A stretch of 64,000 nucleotides of DNA from NCBI GenBank assembly GCA_013239625.1, contig MU057356.1:7817422-7881421 (forward strand), in the 5' to 3' direction. Shown here in pieces: positions 25,721 to 38,255 of the stretch (position 1 is the first letter of the stretch; each line of letters starts with the position of its first letter). A model generated the notes under the pieces. It made no database searches. It saw only the letters and a program-made list of their open reading frames with translations, and had not been told where the DNA came from. Both the position numbers and the translations under genes were made by a program. This DNA is from Lama guanicoe (taxonomy: Eukaryota).

Positions 25721-28358
25721 TTTAAAGTTCAGGGGGGTTGTTTTTATGGTGTGCATTTTTTGCTCTCAAAATATTTAAAAAGTGGCGCCACATTGAACAT
25801 CTAAAGAGTTTCTACCCAACTCACTGTCACAGGCTGTGTCACACTTAAAAGAATTCGCTGCCTTTTCTGTTCTGTGCCTTTTACTGTATTTTATTTATTT
25901 GCTGTTCTCCAAAGATTGCAATTTTGAATTGCTCAATATATTTTCTCAGCTGAAAATGTCAATGTAGTTATGTGATGAAAACGCCACTCTGTGTGTATAT
26001 ATCTGGAATTAGCATAGAGATGATTAAGGCAGTTCAGTGTTGATCAATGATCATATTTGATTTGGGTTTTTTACTTCGCTTCCTCCACCATCCTGTGCTT
26101 TGATATTTATTACCACCCACTGAGATTCTGGCCTTGACTAAATAGAAGTTGCTTCAAGAAATTCACAATCTAGTGATTGAATTCCAGTGGCATTGCTCTC
26201 GGAATGACAATACGAAATTAGGTCTTGCAGAGTAAATAGAAATCCAGTAAATGGGAACTGCACCGTTAATAAAAATGTCTCTTACCGCCCTGAACACACA
26301 AAATGCAGCCCCCAGTCATAAAAACTTGATGCTGCAGTACAGGGTCAGATTCCTCTTTCAAATGTGCTAAGCAGTTTGACCAAAAAGTGTAGTTTTGACT
26401 CATGTGATTTTTAGATCTGAGTCTCAAGCCCCAGGGTTCAGAAGGATGACACAGTGTTTTGAAAAGTCCCCTGTGTTCAACATTCCGTGTGAAGCTCCAG
26501 GGCTGCTCAGATGTTTCCAGAACAGAGGGGTGGCCCTGGGCCGACCTCCCAGGGAGCCCAGAGGCAGCTGGCTGCGAGCGGGCTTGGCATCCATGCTGAG
26601 CGTCCAGCCCTCTGTTGGCACAGCTAACGGTCCAAAGAGGACTTTCCACATCAGAACCAGCCTCAGCCCTCTCTCTGTCTTCCTCACAGAGGGCTCAGAG
26701 GATGGGTCCAAGAATTTTCCTTTTTCCAGAGTTGCTAAGGAAATCTATGCTCTGCTTTACTTCTTGCTAACTAAAATAAAGTGGATTTTTCCAGGGCGGG
26801 TGGGCCCTCATTATAATGCATAATAATAACCCACATGACAGGAGCATCCTTCATCCTGATGAGCTGGCAGGAGGGCTCCCAGGCCTGTTTCTCCTCAGAA
26901 GAAAGGAAAGGCCCAAACCCCCACAGTCATCAGGACAATGACGGTATGGGGGTGTTTCCAGGAGGGTGAGAAGTGGCTCCCCTCCCAGGGAAAGGATCTG
27001 TAGCTAGTGGAAACACGAGTCTTCCCGGAGATGGTTACAAAGGCAGAACTCTGGATACCATGAGTGTTGTCAGCGCCGTAATGTAAACATGTGCAGCATG
27101 AAGGCGAACGGCAGAAGGGACCATGCAGAAATAGAGGTGGCCTTGCTATTAGAGCTTCAAGAATTACTGGTGGTTATTTTTTTCCTTTTTCCAAATTTTC
27201 TCATAATTCCCATGAAAGGGGAACTTTTAGGGCTCTAATTTAGTTCTTTGCATTTAATAGCAGTTTGCCCCGTGCCATGGGCTCTTGATAATTTTACAGC
27301 CAAGTGAGCTACGTAGGGGTGAGGGTTTAGGGAGGAGATTCAGCCACACTGTGTGATGGGTCTGATGCCCTCTCCTTCTCTCTCCTGTTCTTCCCTTGCC
27401 GAGAACACTCCGACTAACCGACAGACCCAGGCTCAGAGAAAAGAACACATCTCTGTGTCAGAGATGGAGCTCTCCCAGGGACACCTTCAGTTCAGTAGGG
27501 AGCCGAGATCAGACACACACATAGGTCTCCAAGGACCTGCTTGGGCAGATGCCCGTTTAGTACCAGGTCTGGGCAGCCTTAGGGTCCCATCAGCTGCTGC
27601 AGTGCCTGCCCCGGAGCAGCCTTGCCCTTCTGTCCCATCTGCTCCATCTGCTCCTGGTGTCGGGGCTGCAGGAGAACCACCCCACCCGGGTGCACACGTG
27701 TCATCTGTTTCACTGCGTCCTCTCATCCTGTGTGGGTGTGTGCACATGCACACGCATGTTGTGGAAGTGCAGGGGCTCCATGCTGCCCACAGCTCCGCGG
27801 GCGTCCAGAGCAGCCCTTTGGAAAGATGCGTGTGGTTCCAAAGTGCCTGGGCCCACTGAGACACACGGCCCCTGCCGGAGCCGACTGCAAATGTATTTCC
27901 TTCCTCTGGTGTTTGGAGTAAAAATGTGGCAAATGAGCAAGTCGACAGCTTGCCTCCTCACTGAGGTATTGTAAGTGGAAGACAAATGATGCTGCTCGTT
28001 CAGGGATGAATTATACAAGGTTTCCAAGCTCTTCTTGCTGGTGTGCATTGCTCTAACGACGACACAGTTTCGTTCTCTCTGGTTTCGAGTTGTCTTGGCT
28101 CTGCCCCTTCCCTTTACCCTGCTGACCCTCACAGCCACTCCCCACACTGCTCCTCCTGCCCCGCTCTGGCCACGTGAGGGTCCAGCACTTTTTCCCCTTC
28201 TGCTCACACACCTGCCGTTCCCTGAGCTCCCAATGATGCTGCCAGACTGTCCAGCCTGCCTTCCCCAGGGGCAGTCCTTCCCAGCTCTCCTTGTGGTCTG
28301 CTGGTCATCTGGCCCCATCTCCCTATCAATTCCTGGGACTCCTGAGCTCCTCCCCTGA

Positions 28359-28398
28359 TACACAAAGACACACACACACCACACACACTCACTCACAC
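28359..28398. repeat. CA-rich simple repeat
   Basis: tacacaaagacacacacacaccacacacactcactcacac. Confidence 0.75.
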
Positions 28399-31300
28399 AG
28401 CAGCTTGGCAGGGAGCCCAGGGACCACCAGAAGAGGCTGGTAACCTCTCTTTGGCTGTGTTCTGGGGTATGGGAGTCAGAGGCTGAACCCAGCTGACTTC
28501 CAGTGGGAAGCCAGCTGGTGGTTAGGGGCAGTCATCTTGGCTTTGTCTTAGATCTTAGGTAGTTAACGCACATGTGATTGTGCCCTCTAGTAGTCTGGGA
28601 GAGGTGATGGCTGAAGCTGTCCGAGGGGCCTGGCTCTCTGTCCCTGCCTGGGGTCAGGAGCACAGGCGGGCTGGTGGCTCCCTGGACGATAAGTCCAGAG
28701 GCCCTTCAGGGGTCACATAGCTGGGCTCGGGCAGTGGCTCTGAAATCTGGCTGTGCTTCCATCTACCCCAAGAGCCTTTGAAAACAGAGGCCTGGGCCCC
28801 AAACCAAGCAGGCTGGTAAGACTGAGACCCAAACAACCCTGCTCCCAGCTGTCTCAGGGGCAGACTGTACATTTTTGTTGAGTTGCCTGAGTGAATTATT
28901 TCACTCCTGTTTTCTGTCCCAAGCAAACCCACATCATCATTTTATTAATATATTTGCAATTATTGCGTAACGATTTCCAGTTTAGTGTAGCCTGTGAAAT
29001 AGGGATGCTTAATCAAATATCTGCACGATGGGCCTTGAAGTTCTCTGGGGCCAGAAGCTTTTCTCATCAATTAAGTTTCAATAGAATGAGTTTTAGGCTC
29101 ATCTGCAACTGTATTTTTATGTTTCTTTTATGGCTCCCCTGCCTGCTCCTCGTGGTAGAGATACCAGAAAGTGTGGTGTGGGGCCGAGGTATTTATTAGC
29201 AGGTTTATAACAGTCATTGTGAAATATTAAAATGACTGCTTTACAGCAGGAAAACTGATATTTCCATTACAGTCACTACATGGGTACCCCCCCAACCAGT
29301 GCCGCCAGGGAGAGGGGCGTTTATCCTGGGCCCTGTGGTTTCCCTGCGGTCAAGGCACTAGAGGTGTTTCCTCTGGAAAAAGATGGGACTCCCAGAAACT
29401 TCCATAGGCACCCACTCTCACCCTACACCCGGGGGTCCGAGGAGTCTGACTCGTTAAATGTAGAGAGGATTTCCCTGCCGTCTAGGGCCATACCCCACTG
29501 GGGCCTCCAAGAGCAGAGTGTCTCATGGGCATGCACCTGGGGGCTGTTCATGGGCCACGCCAGTGAGTGGCAGAGTTACCCCATCCCTGGGCAGTTAGCA
29601 GTATCCAGAGTACACAGGGTGGACTGGGCCGCAGCAACAGTGGCAGAAAGGATGAACCAGGTCCCTCTGGAAACATGGCTGTCACTCATGCCCTGCCCCA
29701 GGCAGGCAGGGGTACCAGAGGCCACTAGCTCCATCCAGCCCAGCCCACCCTCCCAAACTCACCTGCTGACCACGTGTGTCTCCATGGGTGACCCAGGAGA
29801 CTGACGTACCCAGAGAGTCCATCTCCCACTTGTGCACACCTGTGATACACAACACTCCCAGAAGTCCTTTGCCAGGTGCCCTCCACACATGTGCTAAACA
29901 CTCCCACACCCTCACCTGGGGCCACACGGATATAAGTGACTTGTAGGCAAGAGTCATGACTGTTTTCAGTACTAAATCTCCATTTCTGCAAACAGTGTCT
30001 GCCAGGATGCTCACCACATATCACTTAAAAGCTAAATCAACTCCGCTGAGCTGGCTGACCTTGGGAAGGATGCTTCTCCAGCTCTTATGTTTGCTTTCTG
30101 ATGAATGGGATGACAATCCTTCATTCCCTGGTGCATATTTAAAGCTCTGAGAGGTGTGCAGCTCTAGTATGCAGCCTAAAACCTGGAGACACGAGGTGGG
30201 AGAAGAATCCCCTAAGACACGGGCGGCATTTTAAATGTAATTATCACTGGTGTTCCCGTGCAGCAGCCCGGTTTCCAAGCCAGCAGACTCCCTCCTTTCG
30301 TATTTACTTTTAGTCCCACACTCTTTCCTGTGATCCATTAGTTCTTCTACTAAGTCGTTTAAAAGCCTGGATCGTTTAAAAGCCATTTGCTCAGGTGGGT
30401 GTGACTCGATGAGGGGACCCATGTCCCCTCCGTGAAGATGCGGTGGGCTTCCATTCCGCACTAACACACCCCAATTAACAAGCAGCACTGGCCATTGCCA
30501 GTTCTCCTCATCGCCTTTCATTTAAAGACGAGGCAAAGTATGTGTACAATCAGTTGCAGAGGATTCTGTACAGCCCTCTTCTTAGTTGGAAAATGTACCT
30601 TTGGAAAAAAAAAAGAGAAAATATACCTTTGACTCTGTCGTTCGGGTCACAGGGACAGAAAGTGCCACTCAGAGTGCAAGCACGGTGTCCCTTGGTGGGA
30701 GGTCTGCCTGAGGAGCCTGTGCGGCGGGTCTGGAGGTGGGACTGGGCGTGCCGGCACAGGAGGGAGGGACGCAGCCTGGCCGTGCTGCTGGTCTTTTCAG
30801 GTCCTGGCCATTTGGAGAGCAGGGCCTGTGCCTTGTCCCCTCTCTGCCCCGCTGCCTGGCACCCCCACACCCCAAGTACAAAGGGGTGTCAGGGCACGTC
30901 TGTTGAGTAAACAGGGACAGGACCCAAGGCCTGTTCAGGGCTGGCTGTGCTCGTTCCACACTCCCTCCACTCCTGCCTCCTCCCTCAGCTGGACAGCTTT
31001 GCTGGGGAGGATGCCATTGTGTTTTTTGGGACCCCCAGATGAGAGGGGCTGCCAGCCAGTTTTGGGGGTTCAGAGCTCTTTGCCCAGTGCCCCTCTGGCC
31101 GATGTTCAGCCTGAGATGCAGAGCTGCGGTAAGCCCAGCAGTAATTCACGTCCCTGTGAATTCACAGAGCAGAGGTGAACTACAGGGCTGCCCATCTCTG
31201 CCAAAGCAGACATCCAGAACGGTTATAAATTATCTCCCGCTGTGGAGTAAACTGCCCTCTGCTCCCCCAGTGTAAATTATCTGAATGTCACGCTGCTTAG

Positions 31301-32449
31301 GACCAATTAGTCCGTCCCCGGCGACTGGGCATCCCGCCTGGGCATGCTGGGTGCAGAACCCAGAGAGGGTGCACCTCCTTCCTGCCGCTGAAGCTCCCTC
31401 TGTGGCACACCAGGCCCTCTGCTTGGCAGGCAGCACCACACACCGGAAAGCGAGTTGGTGCCCCAGGGCAGTTAATGCTGGAGGCCGGACACAGGGTCTG
31501 GACCCTGCTGGCCACAGAAGGGGAGAGGGGAGCTGGCCAGGGACGGCTTTCCAGGAGAGGAGACTGGAGCTGGGCCCAGCCAGGCAGGCCAGCACCCTGA
31601 CAGGGAGGGGTTTGGGGAGAGGAGGGTGAGGCCATGCAGGGCCAGCCATGCTGTCCATCCTGGCTGGTGAGTCGGGCCCAGTTGGACCATGATGGGAGGT
31701 TGCTGAAGGATCCGTCCCAGTCCTGTCTGAGCAGGGAATCCTTGATGCCCACTTCTGGGCCACATGAGCCAAATAGCCAGGGCTTTGGAGCCCTCATTTC
31801 AGTCCTTGCAAACTTGGGAGCCCAGGAGGGGAAGACGAGGCAGAGAAGGACAGGGCATGGTCTGTGAGACACTCCACAGACCTTACCCACCAGCTCTCTG
31901 TGCTCAGGGGCCTCCAAGGAGGCCACTCTGATGCCAGGGGCCAACTCTCATGGAGAACGGCCTGTCTCTATAGCAATACCGCTGAGCCAAGAGCCGCCTG
32001 CTGCCAGCCAGCCCCGGTGACGTGAGCCAAGGCTGCACACAAGGGTATTTCAGAGCCTTGCTCACAGGGCCTGTCCAGCTCCTGGACTGAGCTTGGAGCT
32101 GAGGGTGAGGGTGAGGCCAGGATGCCCCAGACAGTGCAGATTCCCCAACCTCGGCCTCTTCCATTCCTCCTCCTGAGGCTCCTCGGCAAACCTCACCCCA
32201 GTGCCTTCCCCAGAGACCCAGGCCTGAGAACCTAACACACAGCTCCAGGGAAGGTGGATAGCCTGGCACCTGGCCCATGGATGCCCAGTCCAGGGGGTTT
32301 GTTGAGGAACCAGGCAATCTGCTGCTGTTTCACATCACGGACCCTCTCCTGTGAGCCCCTTTCCCTCTCCATGCACCCAGGTCTGTGTCTGGCCAAGGAC
32401 AAAGACCCTTCCCAAGGTAACTGATGTTGAGAGATGTCAGGTTGCCTCT

Positions 32450-32560
32450 TTTAAATAAGCATATTATTGAAGTATGGCACAGACAGAAAATGCATAAATC
32501 ATAAGTGCATAGCTCAATGAATTTTCACAGAGAACACATCTCATAATCAGCACCTGGAAG
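32450..32560 (-). mobile_element. Old L1MC/ME 3' end
   Basis: tattgaagtat...aaaatgcataaatcataagtgcatagctcaatgaattttcaca. Confidence 0.75.
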
Positions 32561-33869
32561 CGCCCCACACTCTGCCCCATTCAAGTCCCCATCCAAGCGT
32601 AACCCTGTGCAGGTTGCCTTTTGAAAGAGAAGACATGATAAACCAGATTGGCGACAAAAGTCAATACTGTCACTTAGCAGGGGCCCCAAGAAGGGAGGTG
32701 CACTGGGGAAGAGAGCAGAGGCCAGAGCGCTAAGAACAGCTCCATGTGAGTGTGGAAGAGAATGGTCCAGCGAGTGCAGCAGGCACAGGCTGACTGTGAC
32801 GTGGTCACTGCACTTAGAACACAGAGCAACTACCTCAGAATTTAATAGCATGGGTTACAATAGCTCTACACACGAAGAGGAGAGCCTTCTGAATGGAAGC
32901 ATTTAAAATTATTAGTGGAGTAGGAAATAGAGATCTCCTGTTGGCTCTTCCTGCCCTGGGGGATGCCCTGGGACCGGGGTGGGACCTGGGTGGGGCCTGG
33001 GCCTTCCAGTGGCCCAGAGGTCAGACACAGGGCATTTCAGGTCAGGCCTTGTCTGGTCCACTCCCCCTTCCCAAGAGCAGCTCTGCCCCAGCGGCTCTGT
33101 GTCTGAGTAGCATCCTGTATCATGGATCTTTCTAGATTTTGTTTTCCATCACTCTCAGAGACCGCCCAGGCCCAGGGCAGCCTCTGACTCAAGTGTAGAT
33201 GCCCTCGCTGAGTGTGGCTATGTCCTCTCCAAGGGGCGCTGGCCCTGGGCATCGGCCAACTCCTCCCAACTGGGGGACCTGGAAGTCCCCACTTTTGTGT
33301 GCCCTGCTTCTCCAGGCACTGGATGAGACTCTGAGCCAAGGCTGCTGGTGGAAAAGGCCACGTGTGGGGGCAAGATTCACCCAGGAACGGGTCCTCATAT
33401 CTGGGCAGGGTTTCACTGCCCACCTCATGATATAGAAAATGCCGTCTGTCATCCTCTCCCCATCTGTCTCCTTAATCTGTCCCCATGAGTGTCTTACATC
33501 TCATGGGGTTTCTTTTCAAGAGCCAGAAGAGAATCAGAAGAGAAGGAAGGTGGAGCTGGGGCAGGAAAGGTTCCCAAGAGTTTGAGCACAACGTGCCAGA
33601 CAGGTGATAGCCTGGCTCCATCACCAACACCCTGGGCCCCAAGTTAGACCCTTACCGTTCCTTGGCCTCAGTTTCTATGTCAACACAAGGAGGAGGCCGG
33701 ACCACATGATGCCAAAGCCTTTACTCCATGCTCTTAGCGTCTGTGGCCTATGACGTGTGCTGGGTGGGCTGTGGGGGGTCTCTAAGAGGTAAACAGGGTG
33801 GGGGACAAGACTGGGGCTGAGCTACTGGCACAGGACAAATGTCACTGGGCTGCACCCCAAACCTACAGC

Positions 33870-33886
33870 TGTGTGTGTGTGTGTGT
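33870..33886. repeat. (TG)n microsatellite
   Basis: tgtgtgtgtgtgtgtgt. Confidence 0.8.
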
Positions 33887-33996
33887 CTGCATGTGTAAGG
33901 ACTTCTCATCCAGTGTCCTCTGTGTACCTGGCCCCGTGTAGACGGCTAAGGGCCTGCGAAAGAAATGAAAGACAGAGCATTTCACCCCATGCTCTT

Positions 33997-34642
33997 TTTT
34001 TTAAATATATTTTTTATTGAAGTATAGTCAATTTAAAATATTGTGTCAATATCTGGTGTACAGCATAATGCTCAGTCATACATGAACATATATATATTAA
34101 TTTTCATATTCTTTTCACCATAAGTTACTGCAAGATATTGAATATAGTTCCCTGTGCTATACAGTATAAATTTATTGTTTATATATTTTATGTATATTAG
34201 TTAGTATCTGCAAATCTCGAGCTTCCAGTTTATCCCTTCCTATCCGCTTCCACCCTTGGTAACCGTAAGTTTGTTTTCTACGTCTGTGAGTCTGTTTTTC
34301 TTTTGTAAATAAGTCTGTTTGTCTTTTTTTTAGATTCCACATTTAAGGGATATCATATGGTATTTTTCTTTCTCTTTCTGGCTTTCCTCACTTAGAATGA
34401 CATTGTCTAGGACCAACCATATTGCTGCAAATGGCATTATTTTATTCTATTTTATGGCTCAGTAGTATTTCATTGTATAAATATAGCAGAACTTCTTTAT
34501 CCGGTCATCTGTTGATGGACATTTAGGTTGTTTCCATGTCTTGGCTATTGTAAATAGTGCTGCTGTGAACATTGGGGTGCATATATCTTTTTGAATTAAA
34601 GTTCCCTCTAGATGTATGCCCAGGAGTAGAATTGCTGGATAA
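33997..34642 (-). mobile_element. 5'-truncated lineage-specific L1 (ORF2 C-terminus plus 3'UTR) with TSD
   Basis: Minus-strand ORF PAILLLGIHLEGTLIQKDICTPMFTAALFTIAKTWKQPKCPSTDD is the L1 ORF2p C-terminus. Poly-T at left, TSD cccatgctctt (33986-33996) / cccacgctctt (34643-34653), and TTTTT/AAGA endonuclease-type site in element orientation. Confidence 0.93.
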
Positions 34643-36629
34643 CCCACGCTCTTAAAAATCTTACCAGGACATTACACTCATCAGACAGAGCACCATTAGT
34701 GGGAAAAACACAAATCAAGGTGAGAGTTGATTGACTTATTTAACTGATAGCACCTGTTTTTATTAGGGAACATTAGCGTCATTAACTGGAGAGTTTTGAG
34801 CCTCACCAGGTTTCTCAGATTTGCTCTTTTACACAGGAAGTTTTTCATCAAATTTTGACATGCCATTTTCAAAGCCCAACCAAAAAGGAGACAGGTAAGC
34901 AACCCCCAAGGCTGAGGCACAGCGTGCCAATCCCATGGCATAGGCAGACAGAACCTCACCCACAGGGACGCACACAGGGCACCTGCCCACAACGCCAGGT
35001 GTGAAGAGCCCTGAGCTGTGGCCCCATCTGTCTGCCCCCAGGTGTGCTCCGGGCTGTAGACATCCTCCTTGGGAGAATCCTGGAGGGTCCCTGTCACTCC
35101 CATCTCCTGGGATGCTGAGCCCTCTTAAAACACCGAACCCATTCTCATGCGGGATAAGGCAATGAGGAGGCCATTCTTGGGAGATGAGAATTTAGGAATA
35201 AAGAGAGCAAGGAGCGGGCTGAGCGATTTCCCAGCATGTGAATCTAATGAGAGCCAGCGCAGCTGCAAATCCCTCAGCGGTGTTTGGGGAGCAAACAGAG
35301 CAGACGGCGATACGGCTGAGCTGTGTCTGGAATAACTCAATTTGCTGGAGGAGGAGGGGCTTTCTGAGCAGCAGAGGAGCCCTACCCTCGATTCCTCTTC
35401 AGTTCCCACTGCCCCCCCTTCACTGTCAGCTCCCGTCTCCTCATTGCCAGGCTCTGGGTCTGGACGGGAGCCAGGACCCCTGTGACCTCCCCCATCAGCT
35501 CAGACACACCCCGCCCGGAGCCGACTTTCATGGAGACAAGAGTTTCTGGGCTTCCTCCACGGGCTGCCTGAATTTTGCTAGGTTTCCAGTGTGGATAATC
35601 CCCAGATCCTTGTGCAGATGCGGGGAAGGAGAGCCTTCTCCTTCTCCTCTGAGCAGCTCAAGCCCAGGAAATACTCCAAAGCTCGCCCCAAAAGGCTGTT
35701 GTTCTGTCTCAGAGTTGTTGTAGAGTTTTGTTTTGCTTTGTTTTGACCTGGGATTTGCTGTCAATCATACAAGTCAGAGAGTTTCGGATAAATCTTCAAA
35801 CCCCAGGAAACTTCTCCGAGTCGTCTCAGATCTAAAAACCTCTGTTCAGGTAATTCTGTCTGAAATGCCATTTCCTGCCGAGCCTACAGAAAGGCATGAA
35901 TCCCCAGCTTAGAGCAGACCCTTGCTTCTGAGACCATTCTCAGGCAGTTTTCCTGGAATACCTTCCCTTCTAAAGTAAATAATCCCCCGAGCCCAGGTAA
36001 ACATCCACTGGTGGAAATGGGGAACGTTTTCCCACATGGGCAGCTCTTTCCTGGAGACCCTAGTTCAACGGCATCGATTTGCAGTCCTCATACCCCTCAT
36101 GCCCAAGGGGGAGCGTCTCTGCTTGTTGCCTTTAAAAGCCAGTGGCTCTCTGGCTTGGCTCAGAAGCTGAGGATTACTGGGTCTGAGCAGACACCCCCAG
36201 ACAACCCCGAGGAGAGGAGAGCACCACAGGCCGTGCCAGGCATGTGAGACACCAGCTCAGAGTCCTCTCCATCCCAGTCTCCTCACCGGCTGGCCCTGCC
36301 CAGGGGCATCCCGCAAGAACAGAGCCAGGAAAGAGCCCGGTTCTGGGGAAGGAGGGAGGCAGGTCCCGTGTGTCCTGGTGATGCAAACAGGGGGCCACTT
36401 GTCCTCAGTGGGATGGACACACCTTCCTAGGGCCAGGCAGGGTCCATGGCCAAGGGATGTGACCCTGCACCCTCTGTCTCCCTGGGCTTGGCCTTCGCAG
36501 GCTGGGCTTGTGCACAAGTACACAAGTGTACACGGCACATCCCGAGGCTACACACACATGCTCAGGTGGACTCCCACAGTGTTCCCACTGTCCTTTAAAA
36601 TCTCAGAACCAAGGAGTGTCAACGGGAGA

Positions 36630-37368
36630 AAGGCCACCACCTCACACCCATTAGGATGGCTACTATCCGTAAAACAGGAAGTAAGTGTCAGCAAGGATGT
36701 GGAGAAATCAGAACCCTCAGGAACTATCGGTGGGAATATTAAATGCTGCAGCCACTGTAGAAAATGGTATGGCGGTTCCTCAAAATACTTAAAATAGAAT
36801 TACCATATGATTCAATAGTTCTACTTCTGGAATCACAAGCAAATTCCACTTCTGAGTGTATATGCAAAAGAACTGAAAGCAGGGTCTGTAAGAGACATTT
36901 ATACATCCATGTTCATAGCAGCATCGTTCACAGTAGGTGAAACCTGAAGGCAACTCAGTGTCTATCAGCTAGTGGGTGGATGAGCAGAATGTGGTGCTCA
37001 TACAAGAAATATTATCCAGCCTTAAAAAGGAAGGATATTCCGACGCATGCTACAACAGAGATGAACCTTGAGGACATTATGCTAAGTGACATAAACCAGA
37101 GACAAAAAGGTAAATACTGTACAAGTCCACTTATTTGAGATGTTTAGAATAGTCAAAGCCATAGACACAGAAAGAAGAACGGTGGCTGCAGGGGCTGAGG
37201 GGCTGGGAGGAGGGGGACAGAGTTTCAGCTTTACGTATGGAAAGAGTTCTGGAGACAGATGGTGGTGATAGTTGCACAGTGTTCTGAAAGTATTTAATAC
37301 CACTGAACTGTACACTTAAAATGGTAAATTTTATATTATGTTTTATATTATTCCCCAACAATAAAAAA
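36630..37368 (+). mobile_element. L1MB-type 3' end (ORF2 tail plus 3'UTR)
   Basis: cacacccattaggatggctact...caaggatgtggagaaat..gaaccctc...aattaccatatga...catgttcatagcagcat...ccactgaactgtacacttaaaatggtaaatttt...aataaaaaa. Confidence 0.9.
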
Positions 37369-38230
37369 GTTGGGGGAAACCAGATATTAGTTGTTCACAT
37401 AGATGATTTGTCTTTAACCCTCTCAGACCTGAAGCCGTGCCTTTTCATAGCAAATATTCTGTAACATCCCTGTATTATCTTGAAGTGAATGTGTCTTAAC
37501 CAAAACTGGGATATAAAGGGAAAATACAGGAAAAGTCTTGGGCATAAAACATGCCTTTCAGAGTGTAACTGTTTGGACACCAGCTACACACACCGACTCA
37601 TAGTGTCAGACGTCAGCCCTGGCACGTGGGTCCTGTGAACACAGAGGCAGCAGACGTAGCCTGTGACAGGTGTGTGAGGTTGACAGTTTGAGTACTTAAG
37701 TGACACTGCCTCTAGAGGAGTGAGTCTCCAAAATGGTGAACAATTCTTGATAAAGTTGAAAACCGAATTTATAATATACAGCATAGGTGCCTCCTTGGAA
37801 AACCCTTGCCAAACCTTGGCAGGCAAATAATTTGTGTGTAACATCATGTTAGGTTCTAGGAACAGGAAAACAATGACTAGATCTTTCACTCCTTGACCGT
37901 CCAGCGGGACATCTGAAAACTTGTATGAGATGCCAGCCCAGCAAAAGTTTGTTGGGCAGATCTGTGCTACAAAGAGCGGGATCCCTAAGGTCCCCGGCCC
38001 CACCCGTTAAGTGCTGGGAACAGCTCCGCCCCTTCCTGGGATCATTTATAGAGCTCCTCTCCTGTGTTGTGAGTTCACACAGAGCAAAGTGTTCACTTTG
38101 CCTGAATGTCAGCCTCACCCTGGCTCCAGGAGTCTGGTCCCAGGCACTCACTGAGCCAGCAGCAGCCTCAGACCCTGCTGTGTCTCTGGATGAGGTCCCC
38201 CTCAGCTCAGTGGCCACTCAAAGACCACAG

Positions 38231-38255
38231 AAGCTCAAAGCTCAAAGCTCAAAGC
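38231..38255. repeat. (AAGCTCA)x3.5 tandem repeat
   Basis: aagctcaaagctcaaagctcaaagc. Confidence 0.85.

Noticed and set aside
27710-28396. 228-aa minus-strand ORF
   Set aside because: Starts in a CA repeat, low-complexity Gly/Arg content, no family resemblance.
31297-31944. 215-aa minus-strand ORF and overlapping ORFs in several frames
   Set aside because: Stop-codon scarcity in GC-rich sequence; no homology evident.
32547-32564. REST/RE1-like motif tcagcacctggaagcgcc
   Set aside because: Right half-site is incomplete with wrong spacing, and it lies at the edge of an L1 fragment.
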